Of a DNA stretch of 48,489 bases, positions 17,333 through 27,406 are shown in pieces. The position numbers and the translations under genes are program-made. The notes under the pieces were generated by a model that worked only from the letters and a program-made list of their open reading frames with translations, made no database searches and had not been told where the DNA came from. The stretch comes from Dongiaceae bacterium (GTDB taxonomy: Bacteria > Pseudomonadota > Alphaproteobacteria > Dongiales > Dongiaceae): NCBI GenBank assembly GCA_036493015.1, contig DASXQK010000220.1, positions 1 through 48,489 of the forward strand, written 5' to 3'. How positions within the stretch are numbered: position 1 is the first letter of the stretch; each line of letters opens with the position of its first letter.

Positions 17333-18118
17333 CTAGTCAAACGTCTGGTAGCGCTCGACGGCCTGGCGGTCATAACCCAGGCTCGCCTGCAGAAGCTGCT
17401 GGGTATAGGGATTTTCCGGCGTGCGTTCGCGCAACGCGGAAACCGGCATGGATTCGACGATGCGGCCCACATTCATGACGATCAGCCGGTCGCACATATG
17501 CGAGATGATCGAGAGATCGTGGGTGACGAGGACGTAGGTGAAACCACGCTCCTTGCGCAGCCGCACCAGCAGGTTGAGGATTTCCGCCTGCACCGAGACG
17601 TCGAGGGCCGAGGTCGGCTCGTCAAGGAACAACAGCTTGGGCTCGAGCATCAGAGAGCGCGCAATGCCGACGCGCTGGCGCTGGCCGCCGGAAAGCTGGT
17701 GGGGATAGCGATAGCGGAAATTCTGGTTGAGGCCGACCGCCTGCAGCGTATCGACGATACGGCTGTCGCGGTTGCCGATGCCCTGGATCTCCAGCGGCTC
17801 GCGCAGGCAGCGGTCCACGGTCTGGCGCGGATGCAGTGAGCCATAGGGATCCTGGAACACGATCTGCACCGTGCGGCAATAATCCTTGTCCGGATATCGG
17901 GGGATCGCCTTGCCCTCGATGGTGATATCGCCTTCCCAGTGCGGGTTCAGACCGCAAAGCGCCCGCAGTACGGTGGTCTTGCCGGAACCGGATTCGCCGA
18001 CGATGCCGAAGCACTCGCCCTTGGCGACGAAGAAAGAGACGCCGCGCACGGCATGGACCTTTTTCTGGCCGCTGCCGAAGACGACGTGCAGGTTCTTTAC
18101 CTCAAGGAATCCGGCCAT
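17333..18118 (-). CDS. Peptide/oligopeptide-type ABC transporter ATP-binding protein (DppF/OppF-like)
   Basis: 261 aa with Walker A GESGSGKT, signature LSGGQRQR and Walker B LLFLDEPTSALD. Its start overlaps the upstream stop (TGATG at 18116-18120). Confidence 0.9.
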   Translation of the reverse strand: MAGFLEVKNLHVVFGSGQKKVHAVRGVSFFVAKGECFGIVGESGSGKTTVLRALCGLNPHWEGDITIEGKAIPRYPDKDYCRTVQIVFQDPYGSLHPRQTVDRCLREPLEIQGIGNRDSRIVDTLQAVGLNQNFRYRYPHQLSGGQRQRVGIARSLMLEPKLLFLDEPTSALDVSVQAEILNLLVRLRKERGFTYVLVTHDLSIISHMCDRLIVMNVGRIVESMPVSALRERTPENPYTQQLLQASLGYDRQAVERYQTFD

Positions 18119-18999
18119 CAGGGGGCTGCCAGTTTCTCGGGCAGCCCATCGGTCAACCAGGCGGGATCGCGCTTGAGGGTCGCCAGGACCGCCTTGGGAT
18201 GTTCGATGCTCGGCAGCGATTCCAGCAGCCCGCGCGTATAGGGATGCTTGCAGTTATGCAGCTCCGTGGCCTTGCAGGTCTCCACGATGCGCCCGCCATA
18301 CATGATCAGGATGCGATCGCAGAACGAGCCTACCAGGTTGAGATCGTGGCTGATGAACACCAGCCCCATGCCGCGCTGGGTCACCAGATCGTCGATGATG
18401 GCCAGCACCTGCATGCGCACGGTGACGTCGAGGGCCGAGGTGGGCTCGTCGGCGATCAGCAGCATCGGGTTGGTCACCACCATCATGGCGGTCATCACCC
18501 GCTGACCCATGCCGCCGGAAAGCTCGTGCACATAGGCGTTGTAGACGCGCTCAGGATCGCGGATGCGCACCGCTTTGAGGATTTCGATCACCCGCTTGCG
18601 GCCTTCGCGCTTGTCGATCTTGCCGTGAATCGAGAGTGCCTCCAGAATCTGGTCACCCGCGCGCATCACCGGATTCAGCGAGAATTTCGGGTCCTGCAGG
18701 ATCATGCTGATCTGCTTGCCGCGTACTTCGCGCATCTCGGTTTCGGAGAGCTTTTCCAGATCCCTGCCCATAAACGCGATGCGCCTGGCCTCAACCACGC
18801 CGGGTTTAGGGATCAGGCGCAGGATCGCGCGGCCCAGCGTCGATTTACCGGATCCGGATTCGCCGACGACGCCGAGCTTCTCTCGGCCCAGCTCGAAGCT
18901 GACATTGCGCAGCGCCTCGACCACGCCGCTCGGCGTGATGTAGCGCACGGAGAGATTGTCGACCTTCAGCAGCGGTTCGGTGTTTTCGTTCTCGGCCAT
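18118..18999 (-). CDS. Peptide/oligopeptide-type ABC transporter ATP-binding protein (DppD/OppD-like)
   Basis: 293 aa with Walker A GESGSGKS, signature LSGGMGQR and Walker B LLIADEPTSALD. Confidence 0.9.
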   Translation of the reverse strand: MAENENTEPLLKVDNLSVRYITPSGVVEALRNVSFELGREKLGVVGESGSGKSTLGRAILRLIPKPGVVEARRIAFMGRDLEKLSETEMREVRGKQISMILQDPKFSLNPVMRAGDQILEALSIHGKIDKREGRKRVIEILKAVRIRDPERVYNAYVHELSGGMGQRVMTAMMVVTNPMLLIADEPTSALDVTVRMQVLAIIDDLVTQRGMGLVFISHDLNLVGSFCDRILIMYGGRIVETCKATELHNCKHPYTRGLLESLPSIEHPKAVLATLKRDPAWLTDGLPEKLAAP

Positions 19000-19006
19000 G
19001 CCGTCC

Positions 19007-19929
<923 letters not shown>

Positions 19930-19933
<4 letters not shown>

Positions 19934-21021
19934 TTCGCGCGAGGATCCACGACCCGGTAGAGGACGTCGGTCAGAAGGTTCAGGCCGACATAGACCGTGC
20001 CGACCACGATGGTGCCGCCCAGCACGGCGTTCATGTCGGCGGCGCCCAGTGCCGTCGTGATGTAACGGCCGATGCCGGGCCAGGCGAAGACCGTCTCGGT
20101 TAGGACGGACCCTTCGAGGATATTGGCGAAGGCAAGCGCACAAACGGTGATCAACGCCACCTGGATATTGCCGAAGGCATGGCGCCAGATGACGCGCCGT
20201 TCGGACATACCCTTCACGCGGGCGGTGATCAGGTATTCCTGGTTCAGCTGCTCCAGCATCAAGCTGCGGGTCATGCGGCTGATATAGGCCAGCGAATAAT
20301 AACCCAGGAGGCAGGCCGGCAGGATGATGTGGCCGAAGGCGTTCTGGAACACGTCCCAGTCACCGGCGATGATGGAATCGATCAGGATGAAACCGGTGAC
20401 CGTGGGCACTTCGCCGTCGAAGAATACGTCGAGGCGGCCGGGGCCGCCGACCCATTCAAGCTGAAGATAAAAGACCAGCAGGCCCATGATGCCGAGCCAG
20501 AAGATCGGCACCGAATAACCGATCAGCCCGACCACGCGCATGGTCTGATCCAGCACACTGTTGCGATAGACCGCGGCCCAGACGCCCAGCGGAATGCCGA
20601 GCACGATGCCGATGATGATGGCAACCGTGGCCATTTCCGCCGTGGCGGGAAAGACCCGGAGCAGATCTTCCATCACCGGCCGGGCGGTCTGGATCGACGT
20701 GCCGAAATCGCCGTGAATGACGTTCCACGCGTAGCGGGCGAACTGGTGCCAGACCGGCAGGTTGAGGCCCATCGCCTCTTTCACCTGGTCGTATGTGGCC
20801 TTGCTCGCGCGGTCGCCGACGGCAGACAGCACTGGATCGATCGGCATCAGCCGGCCGATGACGAAGGTGATGACGAGAAGACCGAAGAATGTGACTGCGA
20901 GCGAGAAGAAAAGACCGCCGCCCGCCAGGAGCAGGCGCCGCACTACCTGGAGGTAGTGGGCGCCGCTCTCGGCCGACGGGGTAGCAACTGCGCTCGCCGA
21001 AGCTAGAGCGGGCTTCGACAT
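19930..21021 (-). CDS. Peptide ABC transporter permease (DppB/OppB-like)
   Basis: 363 aa polytopic protein. The C-terminal LLTDVLYRVVDPR is typical of DppB/OppB permeases. Confidence 0.85.
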
Positions 21022-21033
21022 GGCGCTATTTGG

Positions 21034-22641
21034 TTACTTGTAGACGGTGTCGTATTGCGTCATTTCGTTCGAGGGCCCGATGAAGAAGTTGTGGACCTTC
21101 GGCGATACGGCCGCCACCCAGTTTTGCTGGAACATCATCGCGAACGGCGAAACCGGTTGCCAGGCCTTGATCATTGCCTGGTAGCCTGCCTTGCGCTTGG
21201 CCGTATCGGTGACAAACAGCAGGTCGTTCGCCTGCTTGTTGAACTCTTCGTTCTGCCAGCCGTTGCGCCAGGCAAGCGGCTTACCTGTCTTGGGATCGTC
21301 CGAATTGTCCTTGTTGACGACGAAGGCCATGTTCGTGTTCGGATCGAAGTAGTCGATACCCCAGGTCAGCAGCGCCAGATCATGCTTGCGGGCACGATAG
21401 GTCGTGATGACCGTCTTTTGGTCCGAGGCCAGGATCTGCAGCTTGATCCCGACCTTGGCGAAGGTCTGCTGCATGCTTTGCGCGATATCCATGCGGGACT
21501 GCTCGGTCGATGCGACATTGACCGTCAGCGGGAACCCGTCGGGATATCCGGCTTTTGCCAGCAGCGCTTTGGCTTTGGCGTAGTCGAGCTTGTAGGGGTT
21601 GCTGTCGACATAACCCAGCACGCCGTTGGGCAGGAAGGTCTGGTTGATGATCCAACCCTCGCGCAGCGCCGTCTTGGCCAGGCCCTGGTAGTCGATGAGG
21701 TAACGCAGTGCCTCACGGACCTCTGGCTTGGCCAGGTACTGGTTCTTGGTGTTCATGCCGAAATAGAGGTTGGTATTCTGGGCCGTGCCGGGGAACTTGA
21801 ACCCGCCACCCGCTTTACGCACGCCGTCGAGCTGGTCGGCCGACAGATTGCGGGCGATGTCCACGTCTCCTTTTTCCAACAGCAGGCGCTGCGAGGCTTC
21901 TTCGGCGATGTGGCGATAGAACACCCGCTTCAGCTTCGGCTTCGGACCCCAGTAATTGGGGTTTACCGACATGCTGATGGATTCATTCGGCTTCCACTCG
22001 TCGATCTTGAACGGACCCGAACCTGCCGAGGCCGTCTTCAACCAGCCGTTGCCCCAATCGTTGGTGCCGTCGGCCTTCTTGCCTTCATGGGACTTCACCG
22101 TGACGCTGTCGATCACCGCGAAATTGGTGGCGCAGAGCTTGTTGATGACGAAGGAAGGCGCATAGGCCTGGTCCACCGTCATCTGGAAGGTCAGGTCGTC
22201 CACCGCCTTCAGCGTCGTGTTCATGTTGTCGGTGGTGATGCCGAAATCCTGAATCAGGAAGGCCGGCGCCAGGTTCAATGCGGTCAGGCGCTGGTAGGAA
22301 TAGACGACGTCGGCGGCGGTCAGCGGATTGCCGCTGGCGAACTTCTGGCCGGGACGCAGCTTGAAGGTGAAGGTCTTGCCGTCGTCCGATACGGTCCAGC
22401 TCAGGGCCGCTTTCTTCAGGATATCACCGGTGTTGTGCGGATTGATCGCCACCAGCGTGTCGTAGACGTTGCCGTTCACTTCGTAAGTCGAAAGTTCGTA
22501 CATCTCCGCCGGATCGAGGGAGATGATGTCGTCCATATGCCATGCCTCGACCAGCGTGTCCTTCGGCGTGGCGGCATGAACGGCAGGTGTGGCCATGGCA
22601 AAGCTCGCGCCCATAGCCAATGCCGCTAGTAGCTTTTTCAT
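21034..22641 (-). CDS. ABC transporter substrate-binding protein, family 5 (peptide/nickel/opine type)
   Basis: I chose the start at 22641 (MKKLLAALAMGASFAMATPAVHA signal peptide) with AAGGA upstream. The ~535 aa size is typical of family 5 SBPs. Confidence 0.85.
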   Translation of the reverse strand: MKKLLAALAMGASFAMATPAVHAATPKDTLVEAWHMDDIISLDPAEMYELSTYEVNGNVYDTLVAINPHNTGDILKKAALSWTVSDDGKTFTFKLRPGQKFASGNPLTAADVVYSYQRLTALNLAPAFLIQDFGITTDNMNTTLKAVDDLTFQMTVDQAYAPSFVINKLCATNFAVIDSVTVKSHEGKKADGTNDWGNGWLKTASAGSGPFKIDEWKPNESISMSVNPNYWGPKPKLKRVFYRHIAEEASQRLLLEKGDVDIARNLSADQLDGVRKAGGGFKFPGTAQNTNLYFGMNTKNQYLAKPEVREALRYLIDYQGLAKTALREGWIINQTFLPNGVLGYVDSNPYKLDYAKAKALLAKAGYPDGFPLTVNVASTEQSRMDIAQSMQQTFAKVGIKLQILASDQKTVITTYRARKHDLALLTWGIDYFDPNTNMAFVVNKDNSDDPKTGKPLAWRNGWQNEEFNKQANDLLFVTDTAKRKAGYQAMIKAWQPVSPFAMMFQQNWVAAVSPKVHNFFIGPSNEMTQYDTVYK

Positions 22642-22903
22642 TCTGCTGTCCTTTTCATATCTGTTCCCGATCGGCCGCCTTTTTGGGGTCAGTGCCAAGG
22701 CACTGCCGCAGCGGTCCTGCTTCCCTGCTAAAACTGGCTCTCGCCGGGGCACACGCTACTTGGCCTTTGGCGCGGTAGCAAGTGAAGTGAAGGCCCTTGG
22801 GCGCCCGGAAATAGTCGCTGATCCGCACCGGGGAGAGATGCGGGGTCACATCCGCGTGAAAGCGGCCGAGGGCCGGCGCCGGCGCAATTCCAAACGGGCT
22901 CGC

Positions 22904-23869
22904 CTACCGGTCGAAGTCGACGGCCACCGTGTTACCGCCGCTGACCAGAACGCCTACCCGCTCGCCCTTCGCCGGTATGTAACGGCCGGATAGCAGGGCG
23001 GAGAAGGCGGCGGCGGCACCCGGCTCGGCCACCACACGCAGCGTACCCCACAGCGCCTTCTGTGCCTGGCGGATGGCGTCGTCGGTTACCAGCACCACGC
23101 GCTCGACATGCTTCCTGGCAATGGGAAAGACCAGCTGGCCGACCTGCCGGGGAGCCAGCGAATCGGCGGCGATCCCGCCCATCTCAGCATCGACCGGTTT
23201 TCCCGCCTCGAACGCCTTGTAAAGGGTCGGCGCTGCCTCCGGCTCGACGCCGATCACGCGAACGCGGCCGCCATACCAGGCCGCGACCCCGCCGATCAGA
23301 CCGCCACCGCCAACACCGACCAGCAGGGTGTCGATCGCCGGTGCCTGTTCGTCGAGCTCCAGGCCGATGGTGCCTTGGCCCAGCATGGTCTCGACCTGAT
23401 CGAAGGCGTGTACCCCGAGGGCGCCGGATTCGAGGCGCCATGTCTCGCTCGCCGCAAAGGCGTCGGGATAGCGTTCGCCGCCGACGACCAGATCGGCGCC
23501 ATAGTCGCGGATGCGCTGGATCTTGGCTGGAGAGGAGATGCGGGGCACGAATATCTTGGCAGCCTTGCGGAGCTTTTGCGCGGCATAGGCGACCGCGGCA
23601 CCATGGTTCCCGCCCGAGGCGGCGACGACGCCCACCGCCGGCACCGAACGCAGCAGCAGATTGGCGAAGGCGCCGCGGGTCTTGAACGAGCCGGCATGCT
23701 GGGTCAGTTCCAGCTTCAGCGTCAGCGGGAAATCGGCAAGGGCGAAATCCGCGCCGGTCAGCGAAATCACCGGCGTACGCCGGATATGGGGAGCGATCAG
23801 CCGATAGGTTTCCTTGATCCGCTCCGCATTGACAGTCGGACCTGTCTTCGCGCCTTGATCAGCGTTCAT
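22904..23869 (-). CDS. Threonine/serine dehydratase-like PLP enzyme (fold type II)
   Basis: I chose the start at 23869 (MNADQGAK...). It has PLP-lysine motif SFKTRGA and glycine loop GVGGGGLIGG. Confidence 0.75.
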   Translation of the reverse strand: MNADQGAKTGPTVNAERIKETYRLIAPHIRRTPVISLTGADFALADFPLTLKLELTQHAGSFKTRGAFANLLLRSVPAVGVVAASGGNHGAAVAYAAQKLRKAAKIFVPRISSPAKIQRIRDYGADLVVGGERYPDAFAASETWRLESGALGVHAFDQVETMLGQGTIGLELDEQAPAIDTLLVGVGGGGLIGGVAAWYGGRVRVIGVEPEAAPTLYKAFEAGKPVDAEMGGIAADSLAPRQVGQLVFPIARKHVERVVLVTDDAIRQAQKALWGTLRVVAEPGAAAAFSALLSGRYIPAKGERVGVLVSGGNTVAVDFDR

Positions 23870-23967
23870 ATGATCGCCTCGCTTGCTCACCATCGGAAAT
23901 AGGGCGCGAACGCTAGCCTTTATCGCGGGGCCACGGAACATTCATCGGCGCATCGCTGGTATCGCCG

Positions 23968-24252
23968 TCAAGGTGGGGGGCCGTTGCGGCTGTCCGGCTC
24001 TTCCGATCCGGCGGAGCGCCCATCTTCCGCGGAGCGATAGACCTCATCATCCTGGCCGCTGCGGTTGCTGTAGAAGATCAGGCCCATCAAGCCGACGCCC
24101 AGCAGGCTGATGAACAAGATGCCCAGCACCAGCGCCACTGTGATGTTGGCATCGAGTGCTGTGCCCTGGAACCCGCCGGCCAGCCAGATGACCACCAGGA
24201 CCGCGGCTATTCCCGCCATGCAAGCGGGCACGAACCAGAACGCCCATTTCAT
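23968..24252 (-). CDS. Small 2-TM membrane protein with acidic/charged C-terminal tail
   Basis: 94 aa with two clear hydrophobic helices (WFVPACMAGIAAVLVVIWLAGG and VALVLGILFISLLGVGLMGLIFY). It lies directly downstream of the W/Y/P-rich gene on the same strand. Confidence 0.5.
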   Translation of the reverse strand: MKWAFWFVPACMAGIAAVLVVIWLAGGFQGTALDANITVALVLGILFISLLGVGLMGLIFYSNRSGQDDEVYRSAEDGRSAGSEEPDSRNGPPP

Positions 24253-24339
24253 TCCGGCATGATTGGCGGGTTGCCGGTATCAGCGCAATGGCCCGGCGGA
24301 GCCGCCGGGCCAAGACGAAGGAAGCTCGCGACGAAAAAA

Positions 24340-24843
24340 CTATTGCGGCGTTGCCGGCACCGCCTGCCAGCCGCTGTAGCACTGGGAGATGTAAGGATAA
24401 TAGCCTTGCGGGTTGGGGCAGTAATACCAGACCTGGGTCGGCGGCGGCTGTTGGGGCTGCGGAGGCGGCGGCGGTGGATTCGGTACCGGCTGGATAATTA
24501 CCGTCGGCGGAATGTACGGATTGGGAAAGGGATAGACCGGCTTTGGATAGGGATACCAGTATCCGCCAGCATACCACCACCAGCCGGACCGGCCGCCGCG
24601 GTTGCCGCGCCACCAATAGCCATGGCGCCAAGCGTTGTAATCGTAGTGGGTAAAGGTGCGGATGTTGTTGCCGCGGTAATGCCAGTTATCGGCCTTGGCC
24701 GGCAATGCGGCGAGGCTCGCCATGCTGGTTATTAAAGCCAGCGCGATACCCCGGGCCAGCCTGCTTCTGCGCCGCCGCTTTTGGCCGAGATTAATGGGAG
24801 GTTTTGCGGCGAGCGGTGATATCGGGGCGATCTGGCTGGCCAT
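24340..24843 (-). CDS. Secreted Trp/Tyr/Pro-rich protein with C-terminal two-Cys motif
   Basis: 167 aa with Arg-rich n-region plus signal peptide (RRRRSRLARGIALALITSMASLAALPAKA). It then has GWWWYAGGYWYPYPKPVYPFPNPYIPP, a polyproline stretch and WYYCPNPQGYYPYISQCYSGWQAVPA. Confidence 0.6.
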   Translation of the reverse strand: MASQIAPISPLAAKPPINLGQKRRRRSRLARGIALALITSMASLAALPAKADNWHYRGNNIRTFTHYDYNAWRHGYWWRGNRGGRSGWWWYAGGYWYPYPKPVYPFPNPYIPPTVIIQPVPNPPPPPPQPQQPPPTQVWYYCPNPQGYYPYISQCYSGWQAVPATPQ

Positions 24844-25045
24844 GGGGAATGAAAACCCTCCGCTTTAGGTTGGTCGCTCTCGCAAATCTCACGCGTCATG
24901 GGCGGTTTTCCTGCGGCCCGATTGTCGGCTGTCCATGGGTGGCGGAGAAGCTACTGGCGCCGCTCGGGCCGGTCGTGTATTGCCGGCAGGTCGCCGCTTG
25001 CGGCGATAACGGGGGAATTAACGGGTTTCGTACAGGATTGGCCGG

Positions 25046-25945
25046 ATGACTGGGTTGCGATCGGTTGCTTGTGGGGCGAGCCCGCGCGGCGCGGCGGTGC
25101 TGCTTTTTGTCCTCTCATGCGCCCTGGCGATGCTGCCCTGCCTGGCCTTTGCCCAGGATACCGGCGCCGGCGGCACGCTAGCGCCCGCATCTGCCATCGG
25201 GGGCACAGCGATTGGGACGTTGCCGCATGACCTCTCGCCCTGGAACATGTTTCTTTCCGCCGATCTGGTGGTGAAGGCGGTGATGATTTCGCTCGCCATT
25301 GCCTCGATCGTCACCTGGACGGTATTGGTCGCCAAGACGATGGAGCTGGCGGCGGCCAAGCATGAGGTGCGCAGCAGTCTTGCCATCCTGAACACAGCCC
25401 ATGACCTCAATCAGGCCGCCCAGCAATTCCAGGCTCGCAGCGGCGGTGTGGCCGCTCTGGTTCATGCCGCGGTGGCGGAGGCCAATCTATCCGCCGATGT
25501 TCCGGGCGAGGGGCTGAAGGAACGCGTTGTTTCGCGGCTGGAGCGGATCGAAGCCGGGGCGGGCCGCACCCACACCTTCGGCACGAATGCGCTGGCCACC
25601 ATTGGCGCCACGGCGCCCTTCGTAGGCTTGTTCGGCACGGTCTGGGGCATCATGAACGCCTTCGTCGGCATTTCGAAGGCGCAGACAACGAATCTCGCCG
25701 TGGTCGCACCCGGCATCGCGGAAGCGCTGCTGGCAACAGCGCTGGGGCTGATCGCAGCAATCCCCGCCGTGATGATCTATAACCATTTTGCCCGGTCGAT
25801 CTCCGGATACCGCTCGCTGATGGCTGACGCGTCAGCCGCGGTACTGCGCCTGGTCTCGCGCGATCTCGATCGGCTGCGGGCCGGGATTCCCACTCATCCC
25901 GACGTTCGGCCCGCCCATCCTGAAACCAGAGCCGCAGCAGGCTGA
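25046..25945 (+). CDS. exbB: TonB-system energizer ExbB (long form with N-terminal signal-like extension)
   Basis: 299 aa with the MotA/TolQ/ExbB channel region (ATIGATAPFVGLFGTVWGIMNAF...VVAPGIAEALLATALGLIAAIPAV). It is followed by exbD and tonB. Confidence 0.85.
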   Translation: MTGLRSVACGASPRGAAVLLFVLSCALAMLPCLAFAQDTGAGGTLAPASAIGGTAIGTLPHDLSPWNMFLSADLVVKAVMISLAIASIVTWTVLVAKTMELAAAKHEVRSSLAILNTAHDLNQAAQQFQARSGGVAALVHAAVAEANLSADVPGEGLKERVVSRLERIEAGAGRTHTFGTNALATIGATAPFVGLFGTVWGIMNAFVGISKAQTTNLAVVAPGIAEALLATALGLIAAIPAVMIYNHFARSISGYRSLMADASAAVLRLVSRDLDRLRAGIPTHPDVRPAHPETRAAAG

Positions 25946-25948
25946 GCG

Positions 25949-26374
25949 ATGGCTGTTTATCTGCGTCATGCGCGGGAGGATCTCGCCGAAACTCACGAGA
26001 TCAACGTCACGCCCTTCATCGACGTGGTGCTGGTGCTGCTCATCATCTTTATGGTGGCGGCCCCTCTCGCCACTGTCGATGTCGCGGTCGATCTGCCGGC
26101 CTCCACCGCCACGCCTCAGGCCCGGCCGGACAAGCCAATCTTCCTGTCGATCAAGGCCGACCGCAGCCTGTTGCTGGGCAATGCCGTCATCGATCCGAAA
26201 ACGCTGGCGGCCGCGCTCGACAAAGCCGCGGGCGGGGATAAGAGCCAGCGCATCTTTCTGCAGGCCGATCGCAGCGTCGATTATGGGCAGCTGATGGCGG
26301 TGATGAACGAGCTGCGCGCCGCCGGATATCTCAAGGTCGCACTCGTCGGGCTGGAGCAGACCCAGGGCAAATGA
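25949..26374 (+). CDS. exbD: Biopolymer transport protein ExbD/TolR
   Basis: 141 aa. EINVTPFIDVVLVLLIIFMV is a typical ExbD N-terminal TM. Its stop overlaps the tonB start (ATGA at 26371-26374). Confidence 0.9.
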   Translation: MAVYLRHAREDLAETHEINVTPFIDVVLVLLIIFMVAAPLATVDVAVDLPASTATPQARPDKPIFLSIKADRSLLLGNAVIDPKTLAAALDKAAGGDKSQRIFLQADRSVDYGQLMAVMNELRAAGYLKVALVGLEQTQGK

Positions 26375-27141
26375 GCGTTATCTTCGCCGAGAGAGTCGAT
26401 AGCGAAGAACGCACCCAGCTTCTGCAATGGGGCATCAGCCTTCTTGCCGTTCTGGCGGTCCATATCGGCGTAGCGTTCTGGCTGCTGCCCAAGGACACGC
26501 CGGCCAAGCCCGACAAGCCGCCGCCGGCCGCTTTTCTTGATTTAGCGCCGATCAAAGTGCCGGACTTGCCGGGATCAGTCGCTCCCTTGGCTCCGGCGCA
26601 ATTGCCGTCAGCGGCGGCGCCAGCACCCACGAAAGCTCCCGAGGTAAAGCCTGAACAACCGGTAGTAAAACCACCGCCGCCCGAGGTCCCGAAGATCGCC
26701 GTTCCACCGCCCGCGCCGCCGGTGGCAACGCCAGCTAAGCCGCCTGCTCCCAAGCCACCAATGCCCAAGCCTCAGCCACCCAAACCGCAAGTGCAGGAGG
26801 TGCCGCCGCAAGCAGGCCCGCCTTCGCTAACCGGCTCACAGCCGATCGTGCGGCTGTCGCCAGTACGGGCGTGGCAAGCTGCGGTCATCGTACAGATCAC
26901 GAACCTGCGGAAATGGCCACCCGAAGCCGTGCGTCAGCAGATGAGGGGAAGCGTCGTCTTGTTCATGCGGGTCGACCGCGAGGGCAATATTGTGGAGTAC
27001 GGTTTGCGCGGAAGTTCCGGTTACGCGCTGCTAGATAGAGCCACTCTGGACATGGCACGCCGGGCAGTGAAGCTGGCGCCCTTGCCGCCGCAGATTCCGG
27101 GGCAGACCTACGATTTCAATTTGACCATCGACTGGCTATAA
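26371..27141 (+). CDS. tonB: Energy transducer TonB
   Basis: 256 aa with an N-terminal anchor, a long Pro-rich spacer (PPPEVPKIAVPPPAPPVATPAKPPAPKPPMPKPQPPKPQ) and a C-terminal TonB domain (GSVVLFMRVDREGNIVEYGLRGSSGYALLDRATLDMARRA). Confidence 0.85.
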   Translation: MSVIFAERVDSEERTQLLQWGISLLAVLAVHIGVAFWLLPKDTPAKPDKPPPAAFLDLAPIKVPDLPGSVAPLAPAQLPSAAAPAPTKAPEVKPEQPVVKPPPPEVPKIAVPPPAPPVATPAKPPAPKPPMPKPQPPKPQVQEVPPQAGPPSLTGSQPIVRLSPVRAWQAAVIVQITNLRKWPPEAVRQQMRGSVVLFMRVDREGNIVEYGLRGSSGYALLDRATLDMARRAVKLAPLPPQIPGQTYDFNLTIDWL

Positions 27142-27163
27142 CCAGCAGGGCTCGGGGGATTCT

Positions 27164-27334
27164 GTGCCGCCACGCGCTCATGAAATTCTTGGTTGGATTC
27201 TTTTTATCCTCTCCGCCGTCGGATTCATTGTCTCCAGCGCCCGCATGGGGGATCTCGCCGGCATGGCGGGCGGTGTGCTGTTTCTTGCCGGCTGCCTCGT
27301 CTTCGTCGCACCCTTGCTGCGGCGCAAAGGTTAA
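27164..27334 (+). CDS. Putative 56-aa 2-TM membrane protein (not in supplied ORF track, below size cutoff)
   Basis: A GTG at 27164 is preceded by GGGGGA 4 nt upstream. It translates to VPPRAHEILGWILFILSAVGFIVSSARMGDLAGMAGGVLFLAGCLVFVAPLLRRKG, with stop taa at 27332-27334. The listed overlapping ORF 27193..27693 is Arg-rich and implausible. Confidence 0.4.
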   Translation: MPPRAHEILGWILFILSAVGFIVSSARMGDLAGMAGGVLFLAGCLVFVAPLLRRKG

Positions 27335-27406
27335 TCGGCTGGTCTAACCGCCGACGCCCGTGCAAGATCGGGGCGGAGAGCCAAACAACCAGATCGAGGA
27401 ACTATT

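Noticed and set aside
17318-17334. An exact 17-mer, tgaggcgatcagacgct, is present twice: at 17318-17334 (next to the REP-like element and ABC ATPase stop) and at 41402-41418 (immediately upstream of tRNA-Phe).
   Set aside because: A single 17-nt coincidence in 48 kb on two strands is not very improbable, roughly a 10-30% chance by a crude estimate. The flanks do not align convincingly and I could not tie it to a promoter or repeat family. A genome-wide count would be worthwhile.
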